The position numbers and the translations under genes were made by a program. 43,793 nucleotides of DNA from positions 1 to 43,793 of the forward strand of contig JAQGDQ010000356.1 of the NCBI GenBank assembly GCA_030141605.1. Reading direction: 5' to 3'. Origin of the DNA: Tubiluchus corallicola (Eukaryota > Animalia > Priapulida). Shown in pieces: positions 43,131 through 43,793 of this stretch (the stretch's first letter is position 1; each line of letters opens with the position of its first letter). The notes below the pieces were generated by a model. The model had not been told where the DNA came from. It saw nothing but the letters and a program-made list of their open reading frames with translations, and did not search any database.

Positions 43131-43793
43131 TTCATCAATGTTTTTCAGACTTGTTGATGAAGTTTCATCAGCAGCTGTAGTTGTTCTCGTTTTCATCAAT
43201 GTTTTTCAGAATTGCTGGTGAAGTTTCATTAGCAGCTGTAGTTGTTCTAGTTTTCATCAATGTTTTTCAGACTTGTTGGTGAAGTTTCATCAGCAGCTGT
43301 AGTTGTTCTCGTTTTCATCAATGTTTTTCAGACTTGCTGGTGAAGTTTCATTAGCAGCTGTAGTTCTCATTTTCATCAATGTTTTTCAGAATTGCTGGTG
43401 AAGTTTCATTAGAAGCTGTAGTTGTTCTCATTTTCATCAATGTTTTTCAGGCTTGCTGGTGAAGTTTTGTCAGCAGCTGTAGTTGTTCTCGTTTTCATCA
43501 ATGTTTTTCAGACTTGCTGGTGAAGATTCATTAGCGGCTGTAGTTGTTCTCGTTTTCATCAATGTTTTTCAGACTTGCTGGTGAAGTTTCATTAGCAGCT
43601 GTAGTTGTTCTAGTTTTCATCAATGTTTTTCAGACTTGCTGGTGAAGTTTCATTAGCAGCTGTAGTTGTTCTCGTTTTCATCAATGTTTTTCAGACTTGC
43701 TGGTGAAGTTTCATTAGCAGCTGTAGTTGTTCTAGTTTTCATCAATGTTTTTCAGACTTGCTGGTGAAGTTTCATTAGCAGCTGTAGTTGTTC
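43131..43793 (+). repeat. 61-bp tandem array, >=11 copies, running off the window end
   Basis: Unit ttcatcaatgtttttcagacttgctggtgaagtttcattagcagctgtagttgttctcgtt. Confidence 0.95.

Overview
AT-rich metazoan (probably invertebrate) genomic DNA. It carries an internal + strand segment of a HYDIN ortholog (ciliary central-pair protein). I traced 26 GT-AG exons by hand (2398..43042, 3713 nt, about 1237 aa) with consistent phases and no stops. They include a split P-loop (HGGPIS|GKT), a charged coiled-coil region and ASH-like Ig-fold segments. The long ORFs in the supplied track are artefacts of tandem repeats. The introns hold many unrelated local tandem arrays, several MITE-like families, a Helitron-like family and a tRNA-derived SINE. 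The most striking feature is that many arrays are amplifications of the gene's own exon-intron junctions. Acceptor plus exon start is repeated 32x (76 bp), 32x (49 bp), 18x (99 bp) and 2x (132 bp), and probably >=11x (61 bp). Exon end plus donor is repeated 60x (45 bp) and 2x (88 bp). The complete exon is always the terminal copy, so dozens of near-identical decoy splice sites must be skipped or used. In three arrays the decoys form AG-exonlet-GT cassettes whose lengths are multiples of 3.
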